The notes under the pieces were generated by a model. The model searched no databases, was not told the origin of the DNA, and was given only the letters and a program-made list of their open reading frames with translations. The position numbers were made by a program, and so were the translations under genes. Positions 16,954 to 25,703 of a stretch of DNA of 64,000 nt are shown here, in pieces. Within the stretch, counting starts at the first letter, position 1. Each line of letters starts with the position of its first letter. Origin of the DNA: Minisyncoccota bacterium (GTDB taxonomy: Bacteria > Patescibacteriota > Minisyncoccia > 2-02-FULL-40-12 > GWA2-44-9); assembly GCA_035549275.1 (NCBI GenBank), contig DASZRH010000030.1, positions 1,912 to 65,911 of the forward strand, in the 5' to 3' direction.

Positions 16954-19083
16954 ATGAAGTGGACTGTTACTCCCATTACTTCCCGCCGCCGTTTTGCGTG
17001 GCCCTCGGCCCGGCAGTGGGGCCATTTTTTGCTCTGGGTCATCGTCTTGGGCGCCATTGCCGGATTTAGTTTGTTTATCTACCTTGAACGTACGCTCCCC
17101 GACCCCGAATCAATCGCCACGCGCCGCGTGAGCGAATCGACCAAAATCTACGATCGGACCGGCCAAGTGCTCCTCTATGACATCCACGGCGATGAAAAAC
17201 GAACCATTATCGCCTGGGAAGACATGCCCGAAAGCGCCCGCGAGGCCACTCTAGCGGCCGAAGACGGCAGTTTCTACCAGCATGGCGGCTTTGATATCAA
17301 AGGCATTCTCCGTTCCTTGTTTGTTGACCTGAAAACCTTAAGTTTTGATCAGGGCGGTTCAACGATTACCCAGCAGCTGGTCGGCAACGCCCTGACAGGA
17401 CGCCAAAAAACTCCGCTTCGAAAAATCCAAGAATTGATTCTGTCGGTGGAAGTCGAAAAGAAATTCACCAAAGATCAAATCTTGTGGATGTACCTTAACG
17501 AAATTCCTTACGGCTCGAATATCTACGGCATTGAAGCTGCCAGCAAGGCCTTCTTCGGCATCTCGGCCTCTGATTTAACCATTGCCCAATCAGCCACCCT
17601 CGCCTCAATCATCCAGCGGCCCACGTATTATTCTCCTTATGGCAGCCACGTCGATGAACTGATGGCCCGCAAAAATATGGTCCTCGGCCGGATGAAAGAC
17701 CTTGGATTCATTTCTGATGACGAATATCAAACAGCACTAAATGAAGAGCTGGCGTTCAAGAAAAGCACCGAAAGCATTACCGCTCCTCACTTCGTAATTA
17801 TGGTCAAAGACTATGTCGTCAAAAAATACGGCGAAGATGCGGTCGAGAATGGCGGTTTAAAGATTATCACCACTCTCGACGCCAATCTTCAAGAACTGGC
17901 ATCAAAATCAGTGAATAAATATGTGCCGATCAACGAAAAGCAATATAAAGCTTCTAATGCGGCACTGGTTTCGGTCGATCCGAAGACCGGCGATGTTCTG
18001 GCCCTGATCGGTTCGCGGGACTATTTCGATATTGAACACGACGGAAACTTCAATGTCGCCGTTGACGGGCCCGGCCGACAGCCCGGTTCGTCATTCAAAC
18101 CGTTCGCATACGCCACCCTTTTCCAAAAAGGCTATCCCGATTCCACGGTTCTCTTTGATACACGCACCGAATTCAACCCGAACTGCCCTGCAGACAGTTC
18201 TGGTAAAAAAGATCAGTATGGCCTCGATTGTTACCATCCACAAAACTACGACAGCCAATACCGTGGCCCAGTTTCATTGCGCCAAGCGCTCGATCAATCG
18301 CTAAACGTTCCAGCTGTGAAGGTCCTCTATTTGGCCGGCATTCAGGATACGATTAATCTCGCCAGTGCGATGGGAATCACCACATTGACCAACCCTCAAA
18401 ATTACGGTCTCTCGCTGGTCCTGGGCGGCGCCGAAGTGCATCCGATCGATTTGGTTTCCGCGTACGGCGTATTTGCAAACGACGGCATTCGCAATCCGTG
18501 GCATATCGTCAATGAAATTCAGGATGCCAATGGGAATATTCTCGAAAAAGCAACTGATCAATCGCAGCGCGTCCTTGATTCTCAAACCGCGCGGTTGATT
18601 GATAATGTGCTTTCCGATAACTCGGCGCGGGCGCCGGTATTTGGCTATAACAATTCTCTCTATATCCCCGGCTATGACGTGGCGGCTAAAACCGGTACCA
18701 CGCAAGACAATCACGACGGCTGGGTCGTCGGGTTCAGTCCCAATATTGCGACGGTTGTGTGGACTGGCAACAATGACAATAGCCCAATGACTGCGGCCGG
18801 CGCCGGCATCAGCGCCGCTGGACCGATGTGGCACGATTTCATGGTCGGCGCTCTTCAAAAGCTTCCCAATACTTCTTTTCCCGAGCCGGCGCCGGTTATC
18901 TCTTCAAAAATCATGCTCAACGGCGAGTATACCGACACTTCCACCGGTATGCCGCAAATCAACACGATTCTCCAATATATTGACCCGAGCGATCCTTTGG
19001 GACCGGCACCATTCAACCCCCAAACCAATGAACAGTACAACAACTGGGAATGGGCCGTACGTCGTTTCTTTGGCGAGCAATAG
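16954..19083 (+). CDS. class A penicillin-binding protein (bifunctional glycosyltransferase/transpeptidase, PBP1A-like)
   Basis: N-terminal TM; GT51 motifs EDGSFYQHGGFD and GGSTITQQL; transpeptidase SXXK (GSSFKPF) and KTGT; 710 aa starting at MKWTV (16954). Confidence 0.85.
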   Translation: MKWTVTPITSRRRFAWPSARQWGHFLLWVIVLGAIAGFSLFIYLERTLPDPESIATRRVSESTKIYDRTGQVLLYDIHGDEKRTIIAWEDMPESAREATLAAEDGSFYQHGGFDIKGILRSLFVDLKTLSFDQGGSTITQQLVGNALTGRQKTPLRKIQELILSVEVEKKFTKDQILWMYLNEIPYGSNIYGIEAASKAFFGISASDLTIAQSATLASIIQRPTYYSPYGSHVDELMARKNMVLGRMKDLGFISDDEYQTALNEELAFKKSTESITAPHFVIMVKDYVVKKYGEDAVENGGLKIITTLDANLQELASKSVNKYVPINEKQYKASNAALVSVDPKTGDVLALIGSRDYFDIEHDGNFNVAVDGPGRQPGSSFKPFAYATLFQKGYPDSTVLFDTRTEFNPNCPADSSGKKDQYGLDCYHPQNYDSQYRGPVSLRQALDQSLNVPAVKVLYLAGIQDTINLASAMGITTLTNPQNYGLSLVLGGAEVHPIDLVSAYGVFANDGIRNPWHIVNEIQDANGNILEKATDQSQRVLDSQTARLIDNVLSDNSARAPVFGYNNSLYIPGYDVAAKTGTTQDNHDGWVVGFSPNIATVVWTGNNDNSPMTAAGAGISAAGPMWHDFMVGALQKLPNTSFPEPAPVISSKIMLNGEYTDTSTGMPQINTILQYIDPSDPLGPAPFNPQTNEQYNNWEWAVRRFFGEQ

Positions 19084-19086
19084 CCG

Positions 19087-19350
19087 TTACTTGATAACTA
19101 TCCTTCGACAGCTGATCCCGTGCTCACGGAGAGCGTTATAGAGCGTTTTAGCGTGGAGAGTAATATCCGACGCCACACTTTTATGGCGAGTGGTGATAAA
19201 AAGCGTTTCGTTTTTAAACTGGATCGAGACATACGGCGCGTACCGGCTCATCACCTCCCTGATCACCTGAATTATTCTTTGTTCCAACGTGGCCTGAGAT
19301 TGGAATTCTTCTTGTCTGCGCGCCACGCGCTTGCCCATACTTCTAAACAT
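19087..19350 (-). CDS. DUF721-like small protein downstream of dnaN
   Basis: 87-aa basic protein directly abutting the dnaN stop. Position and size match DUF721 genes found after dnaN; no catalytic motif. Confidence 0.5.
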   Translation of the reverse strand: MFRSMGKRVARRQEEFQSQATLEQRIIQVIREVMSRYAPYVSIQFKNETLFITTRHKSVASDITLHAKTLYNALREHGISCRRIVIK

Positions 19351-20438
19351 TATCCTCGAAGCGGCATCACGATATACGTAATTCCGGTCATCCCGCTGGG
19401 TTTAATCACAAATGGGCTCCCTTCGCCGGTATATTCAAGGATAACATCAGACGATGGGATATGTTTGAGTCCGTCGAGAATATAGTGAAAATTCAATCCG
19501 ATCGTAAAACCGGCACCTTTCACCAGTCCAGCCGCCGTAGTCTCAATTTCTCCTTTATCCGGATTCTTGGCGATAATGGTAATTTTTTCCGACTCCGCGG
19601 CTATTTTAATATCTGAATTGCCAGGTGAAAACAATCCTGCCAGACGAACATTCTTTTCAAGGTCGTCTTTTTTTATCAAAACACTGCTGACGGATTTTTC
19701 AGGAATCACGTTTTTGTAGGGCGGATAATTTCCATCAATCACCCGTGAGACCAGTTCAATGTCATTATTACAGAAAACAATTTGATTGTCGGCGTATTTA
19801 ATCTCAATATCTCCGGCCATATCCCCGCACACGCGAATCAATTCTGCCACCGTATTTCTCGGCAAGATAACAATCGTATTTTCAGTTGTTTTTGCGGGAA
19901 TGACAACCTCGGTAAGCCGGAAACTGTCGGTTGAGGCGACCGTAATATTATTGTTTTTCGCCTGGAGATATACGCCGGCAAGTTCCGGCCGGGCATCGGA
20001 TAATGCTACGGAGTCCAAAACCGACACGAACGCGTTTTTGATATCCCGGGCCAATACCACCGCAACTGGATTATTTTTAATCTTAGGGATAATCGGAAAA
20101 TCCTTAGGATCAAGCCCGAGGATATGGGTTTTATAGTGGTTAGTCTGGATAAATAAGGTGTTGTTTTTGGTCGTCAGAGTTATTTTTTCGTCGCTCGTGT
20201 TGGAAATAAAGTCATTGAAAATCCGCGCCGGCACCGTTATTTCTCCAGCTTCATCGATTTTGACCCCGATTACCGTCGTGATGCCAATTTCAAGATTCGT
20301 GGCGCTGAATCGAAGCATTCCTCCTTCGGTTTTAATGAGGATATTGTTCAGGATTGGCAGCGATGTGTTTTTGGCGACTACTTTCTCAGTAAGCCCGACG
20401 GCTGCTTTTAAGTTTTGCTGACTGACGGTTACCTGCAT
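19350..20438 (-). CDS. dnaN: DNA polymerase III beta sliding clamp
   Basis: 362 aa with three-domain clamp architecture; N-terminus MQVTVSQQNLKAAVGLTEKVV...LPILNNILIK typical of DnaN; adjacent to dnaA. Confidence 0.9.
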   Translation of the reverse strand: MQVTVSQQNLKAAVGLTEKVVAKNTSLPILNNILIKTEGGMLRFSATNLEIGITTVIGVKIDEAGEITVPARIFNDFISNTSDEKITLTTKNNTLFIQTNHYKTHILGLDPKDFPIIPKIKNNPVAVVLARDIKNAFVSVLDSVALSDARPELAGVYLQAKNNNITVASTDSFRLTEVVIPAKTTENTIVILPRNTVAELIRVCGDMAGDIEIKYADNQIVFCNNDIELVSRVIDGNYPPYKNVIPEKSVSSVLIKKDDLEKNVRLAGLFSPGNSDIKIAAESEKITIIAKNPDKGEIETTAAGLVKGAGFTIGLNFHYILDGLKHIPSSDVILEYTGEGSPFVIKPSGMTGITYIVMPLRG

Positions 20439-20653
20439 AGTAGTTATAATTATATTTTTAAGTATTATTACTCTTATTATGTCTGTGGATATGGGGATAT
20501 ATTTTTGATCACAGAATTTAATTGAGTTAATACTTTGGTTTTTTAGGATTTTATTCTCTGACTGCGTGTGAATAAATATCGTGTATCTCCTGGATAATTT
20601 CTGATAACTTTTATATTCTTTCTTTTTCTCCCCCTCTATCCATGCACTCTATA
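20439..20653. other. putative oriC: AT-rich dnaA-dnaN intergenic region with DnaA-box-like 9-mers and a DNA-unwinding-element-like AT tract
   Basis: tgtggatat (one mismatch to TGTGGATAA), tgtgaataa (one mismatch), ctggataat and ttatcaaaa (two mismatches each), plus a 40-nt tract about 85% AT (tagttataattatatttttaagtattattactcttattatg) next to the dnaN start. Confidence 0.55.
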
Positions 20654-22024
20654 CTACTTATCAAAAGAGTTATACACACGTTCCTTGATAAGTACCAACT
20701 CTTGTTTTAAGGGTTCATCAACCGCCGATTCCGCTTTTATTTTTTCATACGCATGGATAACAGTCGAATGATCGCGTCCGCCGAGTTTTTGGCCAATCTC
20801 CGGGAAAGACAACTTGGTCTCATCGCGGAGTAAGAACATGGTGATTTGACGCGGACGTACCACTTCTTTTTTGCGGCTTCGCTTCAAAAGGTCGTTTAAA
20901 GAAATATTATAGAAATCAGCCACGGCCTTTAAGACTGATTGCGGCGATGTTTTTCGATAAGGCGTATTTAAGTAGGTATTTAAGATGTTTTTTACCTCTT
21001 TTACGTCCGGCAGTTTGTTGTAAATTTGAGCGAAGGCAATAACCCTGTTTAAAGCGCCTTCAAGCTCGCGGACATTTTTTTGAATATGAGTCGCGATATA
21101 TGACAGAACATCATCGGATAATTCAGTGTTTTTAATGGCGCTTTTCTGTTTCAGGATCGCAAGCCGGGTTTCATAGTCCGGAAGACCAACATCGGCGATC
21201 ATACCGCCGGCAAAGCGGGAGCGAAGCCGTTCTTCGATTGCTGGGATAGCTTGCGGCGGCCGGTCTGATGAGAATACGATCTGTTTATTCTTTCCATAGA
21301 GCTCATTAAATGTCGAAAATGTGATTTCTTGCATCTTTTCTTTGCCGGCGAAGAACTGCACATCGTCGATAATCAACAGATCAAGAGCGGCATAGCGGCT
21401 TTTAAGTTCTTCGACGGACTTATTCCGAATTGCCTCGACAATATGGGCGCTGAAGCGCTCGGCGGGAATATAGAGCACCTTTCGATCTTTTTGCTCTGCT
21501 ACCTTGTTTCCGACTGCCTGAAGGAGGTGGGTTTTTCCTAAACCGACGCCGCCATACAAAAAGAGCGGATTATACATTTTGCCGACGTTTTTGGTGACGG
21601 CAAGACAAGCGGCATAAGCCAGTTCATTATTGGAGCCGGTTACAAAGGATTCAAAGGAATACTTCTTATTAAGATTCGTGTTTTTATCAATATCGCTGTC
21701 GGCCGGAGCATCGGCCTTCTCTTCCAATTCTCGCTCCATGATGATCTTGGAGAAATCTTGCTTGATAAGTTCAAGCTTGGGCTTGCCGACGGTATATTTT
21801 ATTTCGCGAATTTCAGGCGAGAGCGCGCGAATGGACTGAAGAATCTTTTTGGTAAATTTGTCTTCCAGCCATACTTTCACGAAATTATTGGGAACATTGA
21901 CGACGGCAGACGTTTTGTCGCGGGCAATCAAAGACGTATTCTTCAGCCAAGTTGTAAACGTCGCTCGGGAGACGGTAAGTTCCATTTCGCCGAGGACCGC
22001 TTTCCAAAGTTGCTCGTTCGTCAT
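20654..22024 (-). CDS. dnaA: chromosomal replication initiator DnaA
   Basis: AAA+ Walker A GGVGLGKTHLLQAVGN; Walker B LLIIDDVQF; C-terminal DnaA-box-binding HTH (ITMFLLRDETKLSFPEIGQKLGGRDHSTVIHA); 456 aa. Confidence 0.95.
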   Translation of the reverse strand: MTNEQLWKAVLGEMELTVSRATFTTWLKNTSLIARDKTSAVVNVPNNFVKVWLEDKFTKKILQSIRALSPEIREIKYTVGKPKLELIKQDFSKIIMERELEEKADAPADSDIDKNTNLNKKYSFESFVTGSNNELAYAACLAVTKNVGKMYNPLFLYGGVGLGKTHLLQAVGNKVAEQKDRKVLYIPAERFSAHIVEAIRNKSVEELKSRYAALDLLIIDDVQFFAGKEKMQEITFSTFNELYGKNKQIVFSSDRPPQAIPAIEERLRSRFAGGMIADVGLPDYETRLAILKQKSAIKNTELSDDVLSYIATHIQKNVRELEGALNRVIAFAQIYNKLPDVKEVKNILNTYLNTPYRKTSPQSVLKAVADFYNISLNDLLKRSRKKEVVRPRQITMFLLRDETKLSFPEIGQKLGGRDHSTVIHAYEKIKAESAVDEPLKQELVLIKERVYNSFDK

Positions 22025-22213
22025 TGAGGAGAATAATTATTCTTCAGGTTATTATAGCGAACGCCTTCAGAATGCAATATTCACAGAAGTTGATAGCCTG
22101 TTCATAAGTCTGATCACACTCGACCCTGCGTTCGATACCAGTATGTATAGCAAGCGCAATAGAATAGTAAATATTGACCAAGCTCTTATTTCACGATACA
22201 ATTATATCAATCT

Positions 22214-22351
22214 ATGAAAATCACACTCTACCGACCCAAAAAGCAAAAAAGAAAGCGCAAGCACGGCTTTCTCTCTCGCATGCAAACCAAGTCGGGCCGT
22301 TCGGTCCTCGCCCGACGCCGCAAGAAGCACCGCCAGCGATTAACGGTTTAA
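22214..22351 (+). CDS. rpmH: 50S ribosomal protein L34
   Basis: 45-aa [48 protein letters not shown] matches the L34 consensus (K.KRTHGF..RM.T..GR.VL.RRR.KGR..LTV). It is below the 60-aa ORF-track cutoff. It sits immediately upstream of rnpA and divergent from dnaA. Confidence 0.85.
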   Translation: MKITLYRPKKQKRKRKHGFLSRMQTKSGRSVLARRRKKHRQRLTV

Positions 22352-22354
22352 GCC

Positions 22355-22687
22355 GTGGCTCTTTCCCGAATCCATCGCTTGGCGAGAAAACGTGATTTTG
22401 ACGACGTGTTTCAGAATGGTACTTTTGTCCGCGGGCCGTGGTTCTCAATTCGGACTTTCAAAAGAGCCGATTCGCCGGGCCGAGCCGGGTTTATGGTTCC
22501 AAGCCGGATTATTCCCCGGGCTGTGGATCGCACCCGAATCCGCCGGATTTTAAGCCAGGCCGTGCGAGCGCTGGGTCTGGCGCGATTGAAAGGATACGAT
22601 CTCGTAATATCAGTTTCCCGTTCCCTGCCAGGTGATTTCAAAAGAATTCAAAGCGATATCAGTACAGCCGTTGCTAAAACTCTATGA
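22355..22687 (+). CDS. rnpA: ribonuclease P protein component
   Basis: 110-aa basic protein with GTG start 4 nt after rpmH; rpmH-rnpA synteny; RnpA-like central motif. Confidence 0.85.
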   Translation: MALSRIHRLARKRDFDDVFQNGTFVRGPWFSIRTFKRADSPGRAGFMVPSRIIPRAVDRTRIRRILSQAVRALGLARLKGYDLVISVSRSLPGDFKRIQSDISTAVAKTL

Positions 22688-22902
22688 TTACTCTCTATCG
22701 CCTCATTAATACGTTTATTCGAAACAGTCAAACTCCGCTCTTGGCGACTACCACCTGCAAATATTATCCCTCCTGCTCGCAGTACGCCGAGCTGGCGATT
22801 AAAGAGCGCGGGATATTCGTCGGTTCCTTGAAATCCATCTGGCGGATTATCCGGTGCAATCCCTGGAGCCGCGGCGGCATTGATTTTCCCTCACCCCAAT
22901 GA
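22684..22902 (+). CDS. yidD: membrane protein insertion efficiency factor YidD
   Basis: 72 aa with conserved Cys motif CKYYPSCSQYA; overlaps rnpA and yidC by 4 nt each. Confidence 0.85.
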   Translation: MITLYRLINTFIRNSQTPLLATTTCKYYPSCSQYAELAIKERGIFVGSLKSIWRIIRCNPWSRGGIDFPSPQ

Positions 22903-23597
22903 TTACTGATTTTTTTCGAGAAGTACTGTATCGTCCTCTGTTCAATGTTCTCATTGGTATTACCAATGTCATTCCCGGCCATGACGTCGGATTGGCCATT
23001 ATCTTTCTGACAATCCTCGTTCGGCTTATATTTTTGCCGCTTTCCATCCGCTCCCAGCGTTCTCAACGGGCACTGAACCAACTCAATCCGAAAATCCAAG
23101 AGCTGCGGGAGAAACACAAAAACGACCAAGTTGCTCAAGGCCAAGCGATTATGCAGTTGTACAAGGATAACAACGTCAGCATGGTTGCCGGCTGTTTGCC
23201 GATTCTGATTCAATTCCCCATTCTCCTGGCCCTCTATCGCGTCTTTATTGCCGGTTTGAGCGCCAGCAGTCTGTCGCTGCTCTATCCTTTTATCCATAAC
23301 CCCGGAACCTTAAATACTGTGTTTCTAGGATTTTTAAGCATCGTCGGCAAGAGCCGTGTGCTCGCGGTGATAGCAGCGGCGCTGCAATTTATCCAGATAC
23401 GCCAAAGTACGCGGCTGCTGGGCGGGTCTGGGAATAACCAACAAATGGCGGCTATCAACAGTCAGATGATGTATGTGATGCCGGCAATGGTGTTAATCAT
23501 TGGCTGGAATTCTCCGGCCGGGCTCCTCTTGTATTGGGTTACAACGACGGTATGGGCCATGGGTGAGCAGTGGTATATCCGCCGGACCCTTTCATAG
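22899..23597 (+). CDS. yidC: membrane protein insertase YidC (short form)
   Basis: 232 aa with five TM helices; conserved GCLPILIQFPILLALY and NSPAGLLLYWVTT regions of the YidC/Oxa1 family. Confidence 0.85.
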   Translation: MITDFFREVLYRPLFNVLIGITNVIPGHDVGLAIIFLTILVRLIFLPLSIRSQRSQRALNQLNPKIQELREKHKNDQVAQGQAIMQLYKDNNVSMVAGCLPILIQFPILLALYRVFIAGLSASSLSLLYPFIHNPGTLNTVFLGFLSIVGKSRVLAVIAAALQFIQIRQSTRLLGGSGNNQQMAAINSQMMYVMPAMVLIIGWNSPAGLLLYWVTTTVWAMGEQWYIRRTLS

Positions 23598-23600
23598 CAT

Positions 23601-24086
23601 ATGGATCAAGACCATGTTACTCGTTTAATTAAAGAAGTCGTGGAGCGGACGATGAGCGTCCTAGGTGTTGAGCACCGAGCGGATGTTGTCTCGGAGAATC
23701 GTGATGGAAAAACAGTGCTCACTGTTTCAATTCAGGCACCGGAACACGGTCGTCTTTTGATTGGGAAAAACGGCCAGAATCTCCACGCACTGGAACAGGT
23801 CCTGAAAGCCGTAGCTGCCAAGGATGCGACTGGCGCGTCGCTCGTTTCGGTGGACGTCAATGATTACAAAAAATCACGCGCGGAGCGCGTGATTCAGATT
23901 GCCCGCGAAGTTGTCGCCAGAGTCCGAGCGACGCGCCGGGCCGAAGCGCTGATGCCCATGTCTTCATACGAACGCCGCATTGTACATACCGAGCTGGCGG
24001 CAATGTCCGATATTGCGACCGAAAGCGTGGGCCAGGAACCCCAGCGCCGGATTGTCATCAAGACCGTCGCCTCGTCCCTGAACTAG
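23601..24086 (+). CDS. jag: Jag/KhpB RNA-binding protein (KH + R3H domains)
   Basis: KH-like GxxG (IGKNGQNL) and C-terminal R3H region (SYERRIVHTELAAMSDI); follows yidC as in many bacteria. Confidence 0.8.
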   Translation: MDQDHVTRLIKEVVERTMSVLGVEHRADVVSENRDGKTVLTVSIQAPEHGRLLIGKNGQNLHALEQVLKAVAAKDATGASLVSVDVNDYKKSRAERVIQIAREVVARVRATRRAEALMPMSSYERRIVHTELAAMSDIATESVGQEPQRRIVIKTVASSLN

Positions 24087-24092
24087 CTGTTT

Positions 24093-25172
24093 TTACTCCC
24101 CGCTTACCTTGATAGCGTATAAGCTGTGGTCGGATTGGTTTACGATAATCAGAAAATCCTGGAGATGAGACAGAAATACTCGTTCGCCGGAAATAATCAC
24201 ATTTGAAGAAATGGTTTGTGAAGCGCCGGTTGCCAGATCAAGCCGGGTAACCGAGGTTTCTCCTTTGGTGTCCACCAGGCAAAACGCCGCACCGCCGTTG
24301 AGGGTCGGCGCGCATAGCGCGGCATCAACGGAGAGAGGAAGATTTATTTGGCTTTTGTCGGTGAGATTGTAGCGGGCCAAGACCGGATAGCCATCTTTTT
24401 CGACCGAGTAGATAAAACCGGACCCATCAGGAATCCAGACTACACCCAAGCTTGTCTGGCCTTCCAATATTTTTGTTAAGTCTCCGTTAGTGGCCAGAAG
24501 GTATAGATCGCTGGTGCCGTCGGCATTGGGTACCGTCAGGGCAAGCGTGTCCGGATTCGGCCAGGCGATCGAAAAGCGATCAAGCCGGGTCTTTAAAATC
24601 GTCCGAGCATATTGGTCCCCCGGTGCGCCGGTGGTAATAATCGTTTCGTCGTTTATCTTTCTGACGGCGGCGATAGAACTGCCGTCGGGCGAAAAGGCCG
24701 CATCAAGAACATTGGTCCCCATGCTGAATGCGCGGCCGGTGCCGTAGCTGTAATATTTAAACTCGGTTGCTTTTGCGGTCGTGAAAATCGTCATCACCTG
24801 CTGGCGGTCAGGCGACCAAATGACGCGGCTTAGCTGCGGCAGAATCGCCGTCGAGATATTTGTGTTTTGCCGCGTCACAATATCAGCTTTGGTGGCAATG
24901 CCGGTATCGGCTTGGTAATAGAGAACGCTTTCGCTGGCAATATCACTGACCGGAGAGATCGTTTCTTTTTCAGAGAGCTGGAACAGTCCCTGGGGCACAA
25001 TCGTCTGACCCGTCGAGCCGGCGAGGTTTTGGAACCGGTCCAAAATACTTCCCTTTTGGGCAGCGCCGGCGTCTGATTTTAATCCCGATTGAATAAGGAT
25101 ATAGCCGGCCAAAAAAGAAAGCAGCGAAGCGGTTAAAATACTGAAAGCCAGAATTTGTTTTGGAATCTTCAT
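24093..25172 (-). CDS. hypothetical membrane-anchored protein with beta-propeller-like repeats
   Basis: N-terminal TM; repeated WxPDG / SPDGS segments (VIWSPDRQ, AAFSPDGSSIAA, VVWIPDGSGFIY) resembling TolB/PD40-type blades; last gene of the minus-strand T4SS-like block. Confidence 0.4.
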   Translation of the reverse strand: MKIPKQILAFSILTASLLSFLAGYILIQSGLKSDAGAAQKGSILDRFQNLAGSTGQTIVPQGLFQLSEKETISPVSDIASESVLYYQADTGIATKADIVTRQNTNISTAILPQLSRVIWSPDRQQVMTIFTTAKATEFKYYSYGTGRAFSMGTNVLDAAFSPDGSSIAAVRKINDETIITTGAPGDQYARTILKTRLDRFSIAWPNPDTLALTVPNADGTSDLYLLATNGDLTKILEGQTSLGVVWIPDGSGFIYSVEKDGYPVLARYNLTDKSQINLPLSVDAALCAPTLNGGAAFCLVDTKGETSVTRLDLATGASQTISSNVIISGERVFLSHLQDFLIIVNQSDHSLYAIKVSGE

Positions 25173-25175
25173 AAA

Positions 25176-25703
25176 TTAAATTCTGCTGGCAATACCGGCG
25201 GTGTGAGCAATTTGTTCAGCTTTTGCCGCAATATGCTGAATGGTTTTGCTGCGCGACTTGATGAATGCGTACACTAACGCGATTAAGTCCAGTGGAAAGT
25301 CGCCGATAAACGGGACCGCGTCTATAACCAGCGATATATCCCAGAGAATTCGCGCTTCACGCATGGATTTTCGATATTTCCGGGTAAGAAAGAACAAAAT
25401 AACGCTGATTCCCACATCTGCCACCCAGCATATCACGGTTACAATCAAACCAACGGCCGTGGCCGCAGCGGCAGTGCCGACCCAGGCCAAGGCCAGCTGG
25501 ATAAGAATGAGGAAAAATGAAGCTATGAATACAAGCCAACCCATGCGTTTTATGGCGGGCTGGCTTTCGGCCGCGGCGGCATCCGCCGCAGCCTCCTGGG
25601 CCCGCAGCATCTCCAGTTGAGATTGCTGCCAGGTCTCCTGGTCATCAATCAATTGTGGGTCAGTGGATGCGTCAGCCATGGCTATTTTTGTAATCCGGCC
25701 CAT
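25176..25703 (-). CDS. hypothetical polytopic membrane protein (T4SS-cluster associated)
   Basis: 175 aa with three or four TM helices; overlaps the 3' end of the VirB4-like gene by 22 nt. Confidence 0.45.
   Translation of the reverse strand: MGRITKIAMADASTDPQLIDDQETWQQSQLEMLRAQEAAADAAAAESQPAIKRMGWLVFIASFFLILIQLALAWVGTAAAATAVGLIVTVICWVADVGISVILFFLTRKYRKSMREARILWDISLVIDAVPFIGDFPLDLIALVYAFIKSRSKTIQHIAAKAEQIAHTAGIASRI

Noticed and set aside
22025-22213. dnaA-rpmH intergenic region as the main oriC
   Set aside because: It contains only weak (two or more mismatch) DnaA-box-like 9-mers, whereas the dnaA-dnaN spacer has better boxes and an AT-rich unwinding-element-like tract. It is retained as a possible secondary box cluster or promoter region only.
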